A stretch of 64,000 nucleotides of DNA. It comes from a candidate division CPR2 bacterium GW2011_GWC2_39_35. GTDB lineage: Bacteria > Patescibacteriota > CPR2. The stretch covers positions 22,304 through 86,303 of the forward strand of contig LBWX01000003.1 of the NCBI GenBank assembly GCA_000995065.1, written 5' to 3'. The translations under genes were made by a program, and so were the position numbers. This document shows, one piece after another, positions 61,261-64,000 of the stretch. Positions within the stretch are counted from its first letter, which is position 1. Every line of letters begins with the position of its first letter. A model generated the notes under the pieces. That model made no database searches, was not told where the DNA came from, and saw only the letters and a program-made list of their open reading frames with translations.

Positions 61261-62131
61261 GTTTCTTTGTAATTATCCTTATCGCTTCGTTTATTAAATC
61301 TTCTGTATTTTCGTAACCGGCATTGTGAACGGCATTTTCGGCCTTAAACCATCTTACGTCTTTTACTTCCGGATCAACCACCTTAGCCATATCAATATTT
61401 TCTTCGTTTGTCCTAATTAGGAAAACTTCCACTTTCTTTAAAACTTTCTCGCCGTCTTTTTTGGAATGAAGTTCAAATCGTCCAAGCTTACTTTCTATAT
61501 TTAAATCTTTAATGCCGGTCTCTTCCGAGGTTTCTCTTATAGCTGCTTTTTCGGTGTCTTCATCATCTTCGACTCTACCCTTCGGAACAGTCCATTTCTC
61601 AAACCTGTCCTTAATAAGTAGAAAATAAATATCATCGTTTTCTTTTCGATAAACAAGGCCGCCAGATGCTTCCACTGCTTCCGCCTCTTCTTCGTAAATA
61701 TCCGAATTCCGGTAAACCGTACCCAAGACCCCGTTTACAAATTTAGATGAGTTCTCGCCTCCAAATGCCTTAGCTAACTCCACTGCCTCATTTATGGCAA
61801 CTTTAGGCGGCACTTCTCTTGAAAATATTAGTTCATAAATTCCAAGCCTCAAAACCGCCTTATCAACGCCGGCGATTTGGTCGATTGGCCATTCCGGCGC
61901 AGCAGGTGCTAAGATAGAATCAATTTCTTTTACATTATCTAGGGTTCCACCTACGAGGACGCTAATAAAATCGATATTATCAATACTTTTTGCAAACTCT
62001 TCAGTATTTCTCTTTAAAACTTCTAGTATTTGCTCTCTGGGGATCTCTTCACCAAGCTTTATCTTTCTAAAATCCCATTCGTATAATGTTTGCATCGCCA
62101 CAATTCTTGCTAAGTGACGGTTGGAGGCCAT
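61247..62131 (-). CDS. nusB: Transcription antitermination factor NusB fused to a C-terminal NUDIX domain
   Basis: RHLAR..MQTLYEW, VAINEAVELAK, FVNGVLG, then PKGRVE...AIRETSEETG. Confidence 0.93.
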   Translation of the reverse strand: MASNRHLARIVAMQTLYEWDFRKIKLGEEIPREQILEVLKRNTEEFAKSIDNIDFISVLVGGTLDNVKEIDSILAPAAPEWPIDQIAGVDKAVLRLGIYELIFSREVPPKVAINEAVELAKAFGGENSSKFVNGVLGTVYRNSDIYEEEAEAVEASGGLVYRKENDDIYFLLIKDRFEKWTVPKGRVEDDEDTEKAAIRETSEETGIKDLNIESKLGRFELHSKKDGEKVLKKVEVFLIRTNEENIDMAKVVDPEVKDVRWFKAENAVHNAGYENTEDLINEAIRIITKKHDND

Positions 62132-62226
62132 TTTTTCTCCTTTTTTTGTTGGCAAATGGGTTAATCGACTCATGGGCGAATGGGATTCTTTTTCCCATCG
62201 GCCTACTCACCAATTAGCCTATAAGC

Positions 62227-62400
62227 CTATTTAACTTCTTTTCTCTCTTTGCCAGCATAAAAACCGCATGTTGGGCAGATGATATGAGAAGCCGTAACTT
62301 CGCCGCACTGAGCACATGTGGAAAGACTTACACTAATTGTGTGATGAGATCTTCGTTTAAGGGTTCGTGTTTTTGATGTCTTCTTCTTCGGAACAGCCAT
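62227..62400 (-). CDS. rpmF: 50S ribosomal protein L32
   Basis: MAVPKKKTSK..RRSH, CAQC/CPTCG; AAGGAG RBS. Confidence 0.96.
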   Translation of the reverse strand: MAVPKKKTSKTRTLKRRSHHTISVSLSTCAQCGEVTASHIICPTCGFYAGKERKEVK

Positions 62401-62462
62401 TATTTCTCCTTTTTCTAATTTTACAGAAACTTGATTTAGATTACCAGATTTTTGACATTTAG

Positions 62463-62876
62463 TCAATCTTCGAGATTTAGATTTCTGCCGCAACTTGGAC
62501 ACAGTCCTTTGCAGCCTTCGTCGCATAAAGGCTTTATGGGAAGAGCAAGTAATACCTCTTCTCGGAGCGACTCTTCGATATCAATCTTAAAATCTTTTAT
62601 CGGCAAAAATTCTTCGCCAGGCAATTGGCTAAACTCCCTGTCAAACTCCGCTTCCACCATAAAGTCAAAGTCCAAAAGGCACCTCGCACAGTTGATTTTA
62701 GCAATAAGGCGAATATAAAAATGACCGACGATGCTTTTTTCTAGTCGGATAAGGCGATACTTGCCTTCGATCGGTTCAATTAGCTCTAAATCCTCAATCT
62801 TAAGAGGGTGGGAAAACCGATCCTCCTGAATTGATCCTATTTCTTGACTTAGTAAGTTCTTAACGTTTAGCTTCAT
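62463..62876 (-). CDS. DUF177/YceD family protein
   Basis: CARCL, LPIKPLC..CKGLCPSCG; upstream of rpmF. Confidence 0.92.
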   Translation of the reverse strand: MKLNVKNLLSQEIGSIQEDRFSHPLKIEDLELIEPIEGKYRLIRLEKSIVGHFYIRLIAKINCARCLLDFDFMVEAEFDREFSQLPGEEFLPIKDFKIDIEESLREEVLLALPIKPLCDEGCKGLCPSCGRNLNLED

Positions 62877-63045
62877 AATAATTAAATAATTTTCTAATTG
62901 ATCTAATTAACCTAATAAAACTCCAATTTCTAAATCCAAAATAACTCAATAATTGTTTTGGGCCATTAGACATTTTATCATTAGCATTTCTTTAGAGCAA
63001 TTAGAAATTAGATAGATTAGAAATTTTATAATTGTTGCCCTTTAT

Positions 63046-64000
63046 CTACTTCACTACTATATTTATCAACTTTCCCGATACAAATATATGTTTTACTATC
63101 TGTTTTCCTTCTATCCATTTTTTGACTTTTTCTAAATCTAAAGCTTGGCGCAACGCCTCGTCTTCGGCGATAGCAATTGGAACCGTAACCTCATCTCTTA
63201 GTTTGCCATTCACCTGAATTACTAAGGTATAGACTTCTTCTTTGATTAATTTAGAGTCGACTTCCGGCCATTTCTCGGTAAAGATACTTTCCTTGTTTCC
63301 AAAATCACGCCATAACTCCTCTGCAATATGAGGAGCAAGAGGAGAAATTATCAAAAGAAAAATTCTCAACGCTTCCGTATAGGCATCATCCCTAATTACC
63401 TCCTGCTTCTTTGCTTCGGTTTCCAAAAAATTTAGAAGCTCCATTAGAGAAGCAACAGCTAAATTAAATTTGAAAGATTCGTAATAGCCATCGATCTTTG
63501 CTAACGTTTGGTGGGTCTTTTTTAAAACCAATTCAGAGTTAGTACTCTGGCCTTCTTTAGCTTTGATGACAGATTGCGACCAGCTCCACAAACGAGTTAA
63601 GAAACGATTGACTCCCGAGACACCATTAGTACTCCACGCAACACTCTGAGAAAAAGGTCCCATAAACATTTCGTACATTCTTAAGCTATCAGCGCCGTAT
63701 TCTTTAACAATATCATCCGGATTAACTACATTATCCCATCTTTTTGACATCTTTCGTCCGTCTTCCGCCAAAATTAAGCCTACGTGAATAAGCCTCTCGA
63801 ATGGTTCGATGGTCGAAACAACACCAATATCGTAAAGGAACTTATGCCAAAACCTGGCATACAAAAGATGCCTAGTTGCGTGTTCCGCCCCGCCAACGTA
63901 CAAGTCTACCGGCATCCATTCTTTTTCTTTTTTAGGATCCACAAGCTCTTTATTGTTATCAGGATCGATAAATCGAAGATAATACCAGCTTGAACCCGCC
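63046..64000 (-). CDS. leuS: Leucine-tRNA ligase, C-terminal part (5' end outside the window)
   Basis: PVDLYVGGAEHA, KMSKR, QVNGKLR. Confidence 0.97.
   Translation of the reverse strand, partial: AGSSWYYLRFIDPDNNKELVDPKKEKEWMPVDLYVGGAEHATRHLLYARFWHKFLYDIGVVSTIEPFERLIHVGLILAEDGRKMSKRWDNVVNPDDIVKEYGADSLRMYEMFMGPFSQSVAWSTNGVSGVNRFLTRLWSWSQSVIKAKEGQSTNSELVLKKTHQTLAKIDGYYESFKFNLAVASLMELLNFLETEAKKQEVIRDDAYTEALRIFLLIISPLAPHIAEELWRDFGNKESIFTEKWPEVDSKLIKEEVYTLVIQVNGKLRDEVTVPIAIAEDEALRQALDLEKVKKWIEGKQIVKHIFVSGKLINIVVK

Overview
AT-rich bacterial chromosomal segment using the standard genetic code. Gene content suggests a Patescibacteria/CPR organism (inference): few biosynthetic genes, a type IV pilus pilM-N-O-pilC-minor pilin cluster, LemA/HtpX, a stand-alone PEP-utiliser protein and a hinge-less SMC. 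The housekeeping backbone is mostly on the minus strand: gyrA, gyrB, pheS, pheT, rmuC, secG, yvcK, uvrC/A/B, trmD-khpA-rpsP, smc, rnc, nusB, rpmF, partial leuS and six tRNAs. Accessory cassettes are interleaved. Main observations: (1) 43034-44734 holds an IS110-family-derived protein with a degenerate RuvC/DEDD catalytic motif, followed 21 nt downstream by an array of about 7 stem/large internal loop/hairpin units. The five clearest units each carry two ~11-nt variable segments between fixed UGG/UGA and UG motifs. This is a candidate multiplexed bridge-RNA/TIGR-like RNA-guided system. (2) An in-frame UGA at a conserved Cys position, followed by a SECIS-like hairpin, lies in a PlsA/R-Ger-like CoA-activase operon inserted between gyrB and gyrA. 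(3) A c-di-GMP-II riboswitch with an attenuator. (4) An SMC with symmetric internal coiled-coil duplications. (5) A NusB-NUDIX fusion. All calls come from manual reading; no database searches were run.
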